From an uncultured Acidimicrobiaceae bacterium (GTDB lineage Bacteria > Actinomycetota > Acidimicrobiia > Acidimicrobiales > RAAP-2): a stretch of 64,000 bases of DNA. Numbering within the stretch: the stretch's first letter is position 1; every line of letters starts with the position of its first letter. The notes below the pieces were generated by a model that worked only from the letters and a program-made list of their open reading frames with translations, had not been told where the DNA came from and did no database searches. The position numbers and the translations under genes are program-made. Shown here piece by piece: positions 1 through 9,053 of the stretch. The DNA lies in assembly GCA_963800725.1 (NCBI GenBank), contig CAWDCE010000022.1, positions 118,575-182,574 on the forward strand, written 5' to 3'.

Positions 1-116
1 TAGACACACATCGAGTCCACCGAGACGATCTCGGTGTCGCCGCGTCGCCGGGCGACTGTTCGAGCAGCATATGACTTCCCCGAAGCCGTCACCCCGACCA
101 GGGCGACGGCACTCAA
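1..116 (-). CDS. miaA: tRNA dimethylallyltransferase MiaA, N-terminal ~38 codons only (gene runs off the left edge)
   Basis: Minus-strand reading from a TTG at 116 that overlaps the miaB stop (TTGA) gives SAVALVGVTASGKSYAARTVARRRGDTEIVSVDSMCVY. This has a P-loop followed by the EIVSxDSM motif typical of MiaA, and miaA downstream of miaB fits the backbone order. It is truncated and so absent from the ORF track. Confidence 0.7.
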   Translation of the reverse strand, partial: MSAVALVGVTASGKSYAARTVARRRGDTEIVSVDSMCV

Positions 117-1513
117 GCGCTGGCCACCGGGATCCGGACGCGGTGCCGCGGTCGCGCGGTGACGCGGCCCAATACACCCGAGAGATGGTGGGGATGCCCC
201 CCGGTGATGGTCACCTCGGCCAACGAACCCGGCGCCGACGTCGCACCCTCACCCCGAGCATGGGCTGCGAAGTGGACGAGCTTGCCCTGGCGGGTCCGCC
301 CCGTGAGCATCGAGGCGTCGCGCCGACTCGTCCCTTCGACCAATACTTCTTCGACTCGGCCAACTCGGGCTTGGTGTTTAGCCAGTGCAGATCGTTCGAC
401 CACGGCCTTGAGGCGGTCAAAGCGCTGCGCAATGATTTCGGGCTCGATGAACTCGGCCTCCATGGCCGCGGCCCGTGTGCCCGGACGCGGGGAGAATATG
501 AACGTGTAGGCGCTGTCGAAGGCCGCCTCGGCAGCGACGGACAATGTGTCCTCGAAGTCGGCCTCGGTTTCACCGGGGAATCCGACGATGATGTCCGTCG
601 TGACCGCCAGATCATCAATGGCGAGCCGTGCCGCGGCGAGTCGCTCGAGGTAGCGCTCCGCGGTGTAGCCCCGTCGCATGGCGGCCAACACGCGCGAACT
701 TCCCGATTGGAGTGGGAGGTGAAGCTGCTCGCAGACTTCGGGGGTGTCGGCCATTGCGGCGATGGTCTCGGGCCGCAGATCCTTCGGATGCGGGCTGGTG
801 AAGCGGATGCGACCAATGCCCTCGACCGCACCGACCCGCCCCAAGAGGTCCGCGAACAATGGGCGGCGGCGGGTGATGTCTCGCCCATAGGAGTTCACAT
901 TCTGGCCGAGCAGCGTGACTTCGCTCACCCCGCGTTGTGCGAGCGCGCTGACTTCGGCGACGATGTCGTCGATTGGACGACTGACCTCGGGGCCACGCAC
1001 CGAGGGCACGATGCAAAATGCGCACGAGTTGTCACAACCCATCTGGATGTTGACCCAGGCGGCGTAGGGGAGTTCGCGCACCGCCGCGGGCGCCATGAGG
1101 TGATTGGTGATGGTCTCGGGATCGGGCGCGTCGAGAATCTCCATGACCTGCCCCTCGGTGGCGGCGCGCCGCAAGAGGTCCGGTGCACTGCTCAGATTGT
1201 GGGTCCCAAAGACCACATTGACCCACCCGACCTTTTGCTGGATGAGCTCGCGATCTTTTTGGGCGAGGCATCCGCCGACGGCGATCTGTACGTCAGGCCT
1301 GGCATCGACGAGGGTCTTGAGCGAACCGAGCGTCCCGTAGAGCTTCTGGTCGGCATTCTCACGGATGCAGCACGTGTTGAGCACGACCACATCGGCCTGG
1401 TCCATGTCCTGGGTCTGCTCCATGCCGTCGGCCACCAACATCCCCGCCAGGCGCTCGGAGTCGTGTTCGTTCATCTGGCAACCGAACGTGCGGATGTAGA
1501 AGGACTTGGACAT
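113..1513 (-). CDS. miaB: tRNA-2-methylthio-N6-dimethylallyladenosine synthase MiaB (radical SAM methylthiotransferase)
   Basis: Track ORF 113..1702. Conserved sequence begins at MSKSFYIRTFGCQMNEHDSE (ATG at 1513). Radical-SAM cluster GCDNSCAFCIVP and a TRAM-like C-terminus are present. Confidence 0.93.
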   Translation of the reverse strand: MSKSFYIRTFGCQMNEHDSERLAGMLVADGMEQTQDMDQADVVVLNTCCIRENADQKLYGTLGSLKTLVDARPDVQIAVGGCLAQKDRELIQQKVGWVNVVFGTHNLSSAPDLLRRAATEGQVMEILDAPDPETITNHLMAPAAVRELPYAAWVNIQMGCDNSCAFCIVPSVRGPEVSRPIDDIVAEVSALAQRGVSEVTLLGQNVNSYGRDITRRRPLFADLLGRVGAVEGIGRIRFTSPHPKDLRPETIAAMADTPEVCEQLHLPLQSGSSRVLAAMRRGYTAERYLERLAAARLAIDDLAVTTDIIVGFPGETEADFEDTLSVAAEAAFDSAYTFIFSPRPGTRAAAMEAEFIEPEIIAQRFDRLKAVVERSALAKHQARVGRVEEVLVEGTSRRDASMLTGRTRQGKLVHFAAHARGEGATSAPGSLAEVTITGGHPHHLSGVLGRVTARPRHRVRIPVASA

Positions 1514-1759
1514 CAAGACGAGTCTACGGCCCGCCACCTGGCCCGATCCCTCGAATTGCCAATCCGCTGCTTTAGCATTTGTCCTCAATGACCACACCCT
1601 CGCCGCCCGACCTGCCCGAAGAACCATCTTCAGCATCAGAGCCACCGGTCTTTCCGCCCCCGATGCCGCCGAGCGAGCCGCCGGCGGGAATGACTCCACC
1701 ACCCCCCGCCACCGCCGCCCCCTCCTCCCCCGCCGCCCCCACCCCCACCACCTCCCGGG

Positions 1760-2695
1760 ATGACGTCAACGGTCGGGCCGGGGGGACCCCCAACGCCACT
1801 TCCGTTGTTGGTCGCCTTCCCCGAACCTACCGAGCAGCGGCGTTGGACGGTGCTGATCCGCTTGATCTTGGCCATTCCCCTGGCCATCGTGGTGTGGGCC
1901 ATCTCCGTCGCCGTCTACGTCGTCGTCATCATTGGATGGTTCGGCGCCCTGTTCACGGGCCGAACCCCGACGTTCGTTCGCCAACTTGTCACGATCTGGT
2001 TGCGGCTTGCCGTGCGCCTCGGGGTGTATTTCTTCTTGTTGAGCGACGTGTTTCCCCAGTTCGAATTCGAGGCGTCGCCGCTCGACGTCATCCAACTGGC
2101 GGTTCCCGAAGCGACGCGTATGAACCGAGCCGCGGTGTTCTTCCGCTTCATCTTGGCGTTACCCGTCCTCGTCGTCGTCTCCCTCGTCGCGACAGGATGC
2201 GAAATCATCGTGTTCTTCATGTGGTTCGTCGTCCTCATCACGGGCAAGCTCCCCGAATCGGTCCACCGGGCTTTCTCGGCATTCCTGCGCTACCAGGCCA
2301 GGGTCAGTGCCTATTTCCTTTTGTTGGTGCCGACCTATCCGCTCGGACTCTTCGGTGACCCTGAACCAAGTGCATTCGCCGATGCATCGGCGCCCCCGGC
2401 CGGGTCGCCATGGTCCATGGTTCTCCCCCAGCCGTCAAAGGTCATCTTGGTCGTCGCGCTCGTCTTGGGCGTATTTGGACAAGTCGGATCTGACATCTAT
2501 CGGAACCATCACACCACGACCATCTACGTGAACCCCCAGAACATCAAGCACGTTGGTCCTGAGCCGGGACGCTACCTAGGGACTGTTCACCCACGAGGCG
2601 CCCCATCTCCACCCCTCCGCCCGACGATGCCGCGGGGCGGCCGTGGGGCTGCCCGCCGGTCGAAAAGTGGGTGCCGTACGATCTCGGTGCCATGA
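1760..2695 (+). CDS. DUF4389-like integral membrane protein
   Basis: 311-aa ORF with two repeats of a hydrophobic hairpin (RWTVLIRLILAIPLAIVVW... and RAAVFFRFILALPVLVVV...) and Pro-rich flanks. The N-terminus is uncertain: 18 CCN codons lie in frame just upstream (see findings). Confidence 0.7.
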   Translation: MTSTVGPGGPPTPLPLLVAFPEPTEQRRWTVLIRLILAIPLAIVVWAISVAVYVVVIIGWFGALFTGRTPTFVRQLVTIWLRLAVRLGVYFFLLSDVFPQFEFEASPLDVIQLAVPEATRMNRAAVFFRFILALPVLVVVSLVATGCEIIVFFMWFVVLITGKLPESVHRAFSAFLRYQARVSAYFLLLVPTYPLGLFGDPEPSAFADASAPPAGSPWSMVLPQPSKVILVVALVLGVFGQVGSDIYRNHHTTTIYVNPQNIKHVGPEPGRYLGTVHPRGAPSPPLRPTMPRGGRGAARRSKSGCRTISVP

Positions 2696-2788
2696 CCATG
2701 CCGCCTTCGGGTGAACAAGGCGAGCCCCTCGAGCTCGTCGTGACGCCCTCGGGGGCGCAAGACACCAACCGGGCGTTCCACCAGACGC

Positions 2789-3265
2789 GTGGGCCTCATC
2801 GTCGCAGCCGCAGTCGTGGTCGCCGCCGTCATCGCAGTGGTGGTCATCGTGGTGGTGCACAACGCGTCAATCGATCGACAACGCAACGCCCTCGCTTCGG
2901 CCAATGTGACGCTGGTCACTCACTTCGATCGCTATTCACAACAGGCCGTCGCCTGCGAGAAAGTGGCCAACCCCTACCGGTGCCTCGAGCGGGCCGACCT
3001 GGACCTGCTGCCCCACCTGCGCGCCTACGCCACGGCCCTGCAGCGGGCCGGGGACCTCGGCCTCGACGCCGCGGTGATGGCCCATGCCCACGCCCAGGCG
3101 GGCGCGGCCGTTGGCACCTTTTCGCATGTCGGCCACGCACCGGCCACCAAGGCGGCTTACCACGACGCGGTGGCCCAAACCCGCCTCACCCAGGTGGTGG
3201 CGGCCTTTGGCGACTCAGTCAATGCGGTGCGGGCCCAACTCGACCCGGGAGCGACGTCGCGGTGA
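2789..3265 (+). CDS. hypothetical signal-anchored protein
   Basis: 158-aa ORF from a GTG. It has an N-terminal helix GLIVAAAVVVAAVIAVVVIVVV followed by an Ala/His-rich soluble part. I recognise no family, so the call rests on ORF length and the fit between neighbours. Confidence 0.4.
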   Translation: MGLIVAAAVVVAAVIAVVVIVVVHNASIDRQRNALASANVTLVTHFDRYSQQAVACEKVANPYRCLERADLDLLPHLRAYATALQRAGDLGLDAAVMAHAHAQAGAAVGTFSHVGHAPATKAAYHDAVAQTRLTQVVAAFGDSVNAVRAQLDPGATSR

Positions 3266-3266
3266 G

Positions 3267-4133
3267 TCAGGTGGGGAAGTCGGCCGCTTCGCCAGAGACG
3301 AGTCCACGGTGGTCGGCGTTGAATGTCCGCACCTGGGCGGCAACGCCGAGCCTTCGGCACGCGGCCTGCATCTTGTCAGCCACATCGGCCGTGTCATGGG
3401 CCAGCGCGATCCCGAGCAACGTCGGACCGGCTCCCGACCAACACGAAGCGAGCGAACCCGACTCGACCAGCGCCGACAAGAGTTCGGGTGCTTCGGGGAA
3501 CAGGGCCGAACGGGCATCTTGATGGAGCCGGTCCCCCGTGGCTGCCGGCGTCAATACCGAGTGATCGGCCATGCCGCTCACCAAGAGTCCCATGCGAGAG
3601 AGGTTGAAGATGGCGTCGGCTCTGGGCACCGAATCAGCCAGGACCAACCGGGCCTCCGACGTCGCCAGTGCTCGCTCTGGGATCACCGCCACGAAGGCCA
3701 ACGCTTCGTCGAGGGTGAGGTGCGCCGCCTGTATCGAGTCCCCCACCTTCGCCGCCGCCACGAACCCACCCATCACGCTCGCCGCGGCATTCTCGGGGTG
3801 GCCGTCATAGGCGGCCGCCACCGCAAGGGGATCGTGCGACCCAGCCGCGGCAGCGGCCGCCGCAGCCAACGCCGCCGATGATCCAAGTCCGCGCGAGACA
3901 GGGATCTGCGAATGGACCGTGACCGAGCACCGATCATGTCCGAGGACGTCGGTCACCACCTTGACGGCGAGATGGGAGGCATCGCCGCTCAAGTGCGCCC
4001 CTTCGCCGGTGCTGTGGACCGACAGCGACGCCGCGGGGATCACCTCGACGTAGACGTAACACTCCAGTGCGATCGCCAACACATCGAATCCGGGCCCGAG
4101 ATTGGCTGACGACGCTGGGGCTCGAGCTCGCAC
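3267..4133 (-). CDS. thrB: homoserine kinase (GHMP kinase family)
   Basis: Track ORF 3267..4205. N-terminal SSANLGPGFD and GHMP motif PVSRGLGSSAA are present. The start is set to GTG 4133 so it does not overlap the upstream gene. Confidence 0.85.
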   Translation of the reverse strand: MRARAPASSANLGPGFDVLAIALECYVYVEVIPAASLSVHSTGEGAHLSGDASHLAVKVVTDVLGHDRCSVTVHSQIPVSRGLGSSAALAAAAAAAAGSHDPLAVAAAYDGHPENAAASVMGGFVAAAKVGDSIQAAHLTLDEALAFVAVIPERALATSEARLVLADSVPRADAIFNLSRMGLLVSGMADHSVLTPAATGDRLHQDARSALFPEAPELLSALVESGSLASCWSGAGPTLLGIALAHDTADVADKMQAACRRLGVAAQVRTFNADHRGLVSGEAADFPT

Positions 4134-4137
4134 GCCG

Positions 4138-5469
4138 TTAGAATAAGCGTTGGAGCAGCGTCTCCTTGGGCAATGTGGTGCCGAGGCGTGCGGGCACCAC
4201 GACATGGGTGGTCCCGAGCGTCACGAGGATCGAACCCGCCCGGGTCCCCGCAGCGTCACCGGGCTTGACCACTTGGTGTGTCACGAGGTTGCGCCGGTAG
4301 ACGGCGCCCGGCCAGGTCAAGACGTTGACGCCATGGCTCGCAACCGCAGGGACCGTGTGTCCATTCGCGCTCACCTGGGCGACAACGGCACCGGGGTGGA
4401 CCAGCTCGAGTGACCCGAACTCGTTGGTCACCGCATCGGCGAGCGTGAGTGCGGCAACGCCCGCCACCAACAACACATTGGGCTGGTCCGTGCCGACCTG
4501 TCCGGTCACTGCGGTGAGAATCATCACCTGGTGACCGTCGACGACACGCTCGACCGCCATGACGTCGCAGCCGCCCGCCTTGGTGGTGAATCCTGATTTC
4601 ACCCCAATCACCCCGAGATACCCCAAGAGCGGCGTGTAGGTACCCAGTGTGCCGGCAACGGGCAGCGTCACCGTTGGCATCTTGACGATGGCGGCGAAGG
4701 CCGGGATCGCCATGGCTCGGGCGGCGACGATCAGGACGTCACTCGCCGTCGACACCGAGTTATCGGAGAATCCGCTGGCATCGGCATAGGTGGTCTGGGT
4801 CATGGCGAGGTGCGCCGCGGTCTGATTCATCTTGATGACGAACGCCGGGATGCTGCCGGCATCCCACACGGCCAGCGCATCGGCGAAGTCATTGGCGGAA
4901 TGGACCAAAAGGCCTTGGAGCATCTGCTGTTCGGTCAGGACTTCACCGACCGTGATGGCGGCATTGGCTTCGTCTTGTTGTGTGTCAATGTCGTAGTCGG
5001 TCACGTCGGCTTGGGTCATGGTGATGTCGGGGCCGCTCTCGCCGACGGCGAGTGGATGATCCTCCAAGATGACGTAGGCCGTCATGATCTTGGTGAGGCT
5101 CGCCACCGGCACGGGTACTTCGGCACCGGCCTTTTGCGCGATCGCGAGCGAGGGCACCGAGATGGCCGACTGACCAACGGTGGTCCAAGGGAGCGAGGTC
5201 GCCGACTCGGGGACGGTGACTTCGGGCGAGAGCACCGGGGTCACCGTGGCGGCGGCGACGGGGGAACTGAGGCGCACGACCACGAATCCGGCGGCACCCA
5301 AGATGAGCACCAAAACCAAGACGAGGAACGTGCGAAACCAGCTCCAGCGTTTCTTGGCCGGCTTCGCCGCATGGCGCCCCTTGCGCTTGGGGCCAGCGGT
5401 ATCGGGGGGGTCGAGCGCGTCGAGCTGGAACGGCGCCACCATCAGTGGCACCGGGCGCGGCGAGGTCAA
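4138..5469 (-). CDS. D-alanyl-D-alanine carboxypeptidase (peptidase S11, low-MW PBP)
   Basis: 443-aa ORF with a basic N-terminus and a TM helix, then SLTK (SxxK), SAND (SxN) and KSGFT (KTG-like) motifs. Confidence 0.85.
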   Translation of the reverse strand: MTSPRPVPLMVAPFQLDALDPPDTAGPKRKGRHAAKPAKKRWSWFRTFLVLVLVLILGAAGFVVVRLSSPVAAATVTPVLSPEVTVPESATSLPWTTVGQSAISVPSLAIAQKAGAEVPVPVASLTKIMTAYVILEDHPLAVGESGPDITMTQADVTDYDIDTQQDEANAAITVGEVLTEQQMLQGLLVHSANDFADALAVWDAGSIPAFVIKMNQTAAHLAMTQTTYADASGFSDNSVSTASDVLIVAARAMAIPAFAAIVKMPTVTLPVAGTLGTYTPLLGYLGVIGVKSGFTTKAGGCDVMAVERVVDGHQVMILTAVTGQVGTDQPNVLLVAGVAALTLADAVTNEFGSLELVHPGAVVAQVSANGHTVPAVASHGVNVLTWPGAVYRRNLVTHQVVKPGDAAGTRAGSILVTLGTTHVVVPARLGTTLPKETLLQRLF

Positions 5470-5472
5470 TGC

Positions 5473-7875
5473 TCAGCCACCTTCGAGCTCATCGACGGTC
5501 ATCAAGACCTGACGAGCCTTGGATCCCTCACTCGGTCCGACGACTCCGCGGCGCTCCAGCAGATCCATCAAGCGGCCAGCGCGGGCGAAGCCGACCCTGA
5601 GCTTGCGTTGGAGCATCGAGGTCGAACCCAACTGCGAGCGCACCACCAGCTCCATGGCCTGGCTGAGCAGCTCGTCATCGTCATCGTCGACACCGCGCAC
5701 TCCACCGGTGCCCTCCTCTACGTTCTCGATACCGACCACCGGCTCGGTGACGCCACCTTGGGCGGTCCAATGCGCCACCACCTTGCGCACGTCTTCTTCG
5801 GCCACCCACGGTCCTTGGAGACGCCGTGGGATGTTCGACGATGCCGTCAAGAGGAGCATGTCGCCCTTGCCGATCAGTCGTTCGGCCCCGGGTTGGTCCA
5901 AGATCACACGGCTGTCGGCCAACGACGACACCGAGAAGGCCATGCGGCTCGGTACGTTGGCCTTGATCACCCCGGTAATCACGTCGACCGACGGGCGCTG
6001 GGTGGCGAGAACCAGATGGATCCCGACGGCACGGGCCATCTGCGCAATGCGTACCACCGAGTCCTCGACGTCTCGGGCCGCGACCATCATGAGGTCGTTG
6101 AGCTCGTCGACCACGATCAGGACGAACGGCAGGGCCTCGGGCATCTGGGGATCGTCGTCGATCTCGTCGTCCCCGCCTTGGAGTGCCGAGTGATCGTCTC
6201 CGAGCGCCTTGACCGCGGTCTCGTGCGAGCGGCGACGGATCGAGGGGGCACCGACCGGCCCAATTTCGCCGGCCGCCAGTGCGGCGTTGTAGCCGGTGAT
6301 GTCGCGCATGCCGTACTCGGCGAGGATGTCGTAGCGGCGCTCCATCTCCTTGACCGCCCAGGCCAAGGCGTTGGCCGCCTTCTTTGGGTCGACCACCACC
6401 TGGGTGATGAGGTGCGGCAGGCCGTTGTACTGGCCCAGTTCGACGCGCTTTGGGTCGATGAGCATCATGCGAACCTGGTCGGGTGTGCTGCGCATCAGGA
6501 TCGACGTGATGATCGAGTTGATGCACGACGACTTGCCCGCACCGGTGGCACCCGAAATCAAGATGTGGGGCATCTCGGCCAGGTTGGCCATCACCACGCG
6601 GCCTGCGATGTCTCGGCCCATGGCCACCTCGAGCGGGTGGGTCGCCGCTTTGGCCTCGCTCGAGGACAAGATATCCCCGAGCGCCACCAGCTGGCGGTTG
6701 CGGTTGGGGACTTCGACGCCGATGGCGGACTTGCCGGGGATCGGTGCGAGAATCCGCACATCCGGCGAGGCCATGGCGTAGGCAATGTCACACGAGAGGC
6801 TGGTGACCCGGGCGACTTTGACGCCCGCACCAAGCTCGAGCTCGAAGCGGGTCACCGACGGACCGACGGTCGCCCCGACGAGCCGGGTGGCCACGCCGTG
6901 GGTCCCGAGCGCCGCCACGAGCGCGTCACCGGCCAACTCGATCTGGCGCTGGTCGTGACGCAGCTGCTTGGTGGGCGGCAAAAAGCTCATCGGGGGCAGC
7001 TTCCAATCCCCGGTCGCCTTGAAGGCGGCGACGGCCACCTTCGTGGTCGGTGCGACGGCCACGGCCTCATCGGGTTCGGGCTGGACTTCGGTGGGCGGTT
7101 CGGGTTCGGGCTCGGCCACCTCGTCGGCCATGGCGTCGAAAAGTTGCGGTTCGGACTTGAGGGCCGGCGCCGTCTCGAGCGGCGACGCTGCGCCGGTTTC
7201 GTCGTCGAGCGCACCGCCCTTCCACCACGAGGCCACCGTGGACCCGACCGCCTTGGACGCGGTCCGGATCGCCCGCCCGCAGGTGGCAAGCGATGTGCCG
7301 GTTGCGATGAGAACGGCCACGATGATCAAGGCGACGAAGATCACCGCGGCACCCGCAGTGCCGATCCCCGCAGCCAAGGGGTGCCCGAGCAGGGCCCCGA
7401 CCCATCCGCCGGCTTCACGCACGCCGCTGCGATTGCCCAGCGCCGGGGTGTGGTTGGACAGTTCGGCGAGGCCGCAGATGCCGATCAGCCCGAGGGCTGA
7501 TCCGAGCGCGGTGCGCCACGGATCCGGGCGTTCGCGCTCGACCAGGAGGATGATGCCGGCGCCGATACAGACAACGGGGAGCACCCCGCGGGCCCAGCCC
7601 ATGAGGGTCCCCAGGCCGTTGTCCGCGCCATGGCCCACCGGCCCGAGCGCCTGGAACCAGATGGCCAGGGCCAAGAGGACCCCGAGCGTGATCAGCCCGA
7701 TGGCCCACAGATCGACGGCGTGGGCGCTCAGAATGGACGGTTGGGCTCGCGCTGGCTTCTTCTTGGCCCGCTGAGCGGGTTTGCGGGCCGGGGTACGCGG
7801 CGCGGTCGGTCGGCGCTTCGTCGTCACCACAGTGCGGACGAGATTAGTCCTGCTCGGAGCGGTTTCGGGGGACAC
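5473..7875 (-). CDS. ftsK: DNA translocase FtsK/SpoIIIE
   Basis: 800-aa intact ORF from a GTG start. It has N-terminal TM helices, a Pro/Ala linker, a motor domain with Walker A GATGAGKSS, and a gamma winged-helix (SMLQRKLRVGFARAGRLMDLLE). Confidence 0.95.
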   Translation of the reverse strand: MSPETAPSRTNLVRTVVTTKRRPTAPRTPARKPAQRAKKKPARAQPSILSAHAVDLWAIGLITLGVLLALAIWFQALGPVGHGADNGLGTLMGWARGVLPVVCIGAGIILLVERERPDPWRTALGSALGLIGICGLAELSNHTPALGNRSGVREAGGWVGALLGHPLAAGIGTAGAAVIFVALIIVAVLIATGTSLATCGRAIRTASKAVGSTVASWWKGGALDDETGAASPLETAPALKSEPQLFDAMADEVAEPEPEPPTEVQPEPDEAVAVAPTTKVAVAAFKATGDWKLPPMSFLPPTKQLRHDQRQIELAGDALVAALGTHGVATRLVGATVGPSVTRFELELGAGVKVARVTSLSCDIAYAMASPDVRILAPIPGKSAIGVEVPNRNRQLVALGDILSSSEAKAATHPLEVAMGRDIAGRVVMANLAEMPHILISGATGAGKSSCINSIITSILMRSTPDQVRMMLIDPKRVELGQYNGLPHLITQVVVDPKKAANALAWAVKEMERRYDILAEYGMRDITGYNAALAAGEIGPVGAPSIRRRSHETAVKALGDDHSALQGGDDEIDDDPQMPEALPFVLIVVDELNDLMMVAARDVEDSVVRIAQMARAVGIHLVLATQRPSVDVITGVIKANVPSRMAFSVSSLADSRVILDQPGAERLIGKGDMLLLTASSNIPRRLQGPWVAEEDVRKVVAHWTAQGGVTEPVVGIENVEEGTGGVRGVDDDDDELLSQAMELVVRSQLGSTSMLQRKLRVGFARAGRLMDLLERRGVVGPSEGSKARQVLMTVDELEGG

Positions 7876-7891
7876 CCGGCCAATTGAAAAA

Positions 7892-7905
7892 CGAACATAT
7901 GTTCG
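7892..7905. promoter_or_regulatory. candidate LexA/SOS box in the divergent ftsK / radical-SAM intergenic region
   Basis: Perfect palindrome CGAAC-ATAT-GTTCG (GAAC-N4-GTTC core of the Gram-positive/actinobacterial SOS box). It lies in a locally AT-rich 43-bp spacer, 17 nt from the ftsK start codon and 14 nt from the radical-SAM start codon. Confidence 0.55.
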
Positions 7906-7918
7906 CTAGGGTACTACG

Positions 7919-8942
7919 GTGACGCTTCGGTGGCCCCTGGCCAGCTCAGACGACGTCGGGACCCTCTTCGACGACGAGCGCAAGGCGACGCGACACGTCG
8001 GGAAAGGGGCCTACGAGGGACTTCGAATTTCTCCACGTCAATGCCCGGTCGATCATCAATGCGGTCCCTGCCCAGAGCCAGATGCCCTTTCGCTTCACGA
8101 TCAACGCCTATCGGGGTTGCAGTCACGCCTGCACCTACTGCTTCGCCCGGCCCACCCATGAATACCTCGGGCTGAACATCGGCTCGGATTTCGAGCGGCG
8201 GATCGTCGTCAAGATCAACGCCGTCGAACGGCTCGCAGCCGAGCTGCGGTCGCGGAGATGGTCAGGCGAGCACATCGCAATGGGCACCAACACCGACCCA
8301 TACCAGCACGCCGAAGGCAAATACCACCTGACCCGCGGCATCATCGACGTGCTGGCGGACGCCCGGAATCCATTCAGCATCTTGACCAAGTCGACACTGA
8401 TCCTGCGTGACACCAAGGCCCTGGTCGCCGCGGCCAAACGGACTGAGGTGGCGGTGAGTTTTTCCATCGGGACCCTCGACCGCGAGATCTGGCGGCTCAG
8501 TGAACCCGGCACGCCCCCGCCCGACAAACGCGTCGAGGCCCTGCGCCGCTTGAGCGATGCGGGCATCTCGTGCGGCGTCTTGATCGCGCCCATCTTGCCG
8601 GGTCTCTCCGACCGCACCGAGCAGATCAACGAGGTGGTCGAAGCGTGCGCCCGGGCCGGGGCGACGTCGATCAATGGCGTGGCCTTGCATTTACGCGGCC
8701 GATGCCGCGCGACTACACCGAGTGGCTGAGCACGGTCCGACCCGACCTCGGTGACCTCTACCGACGCCGGTTCAGCCGCGGGGCCTATCAGCCCCAAGCT
8801 GCACGCGACCGGATCGACAATCTGGTGCGAGCCGCGGCCAGCGCGTTCGGCGTGACCGGCCACAACCGCTACGAGCGGACCCCAAAGGGTCCAGATCACC
8901 GCAAACCCACAGCTCTCACTCCTCGACCAGCGCGGCGCCTGA
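7919..8942 (+). CDS. SplB-type ('DNA repair photolyase', COG1533-like) radical SAM protein; three frame breaks as sequenced
   Basis: Conserved sequence is split over track ORFs 7919..8161, 8082..8729 and 8570..9022: ...HVGKGAYEGL | EFLHVNARSIINAVPAQSQMPFRFTINAYRGCSHACTYCFARPTHEYLG ... GVALHLRG | PMPRDYTEWL ... | QLSLLDQRGA*. Breaks fall near 8023, 8697 and 8915. Confidence 0.75.
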
Positions 8943-9053
8943 GGTCTGATCACACGCCGAGACTCCGGCCGACACATCGTGGCCATGGGAGACTGCCCCG
9001 CCCGAGTGCGCCGCGTGCATGAGCCACACCGGATTTGGGCAAAGTAGGGGGAG

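Noticed and set aside
1636-1902. ORF encoding a run of about 18 glycines
   Set aside because: It is simply the reverse complement of the CCN-rich tract upstream of the DUF4389 gene. There is no other support for coding.
4810-7500. 896-aa plus-strand ORF, the longest in the track
   Set aside because: It lies entirely antisense to ftsK and the carboxypeptidase. Its composition is R/G/H/D-rich junk with no motifs. This is the typical stop-poor antisense frame of a GC-rich genome.
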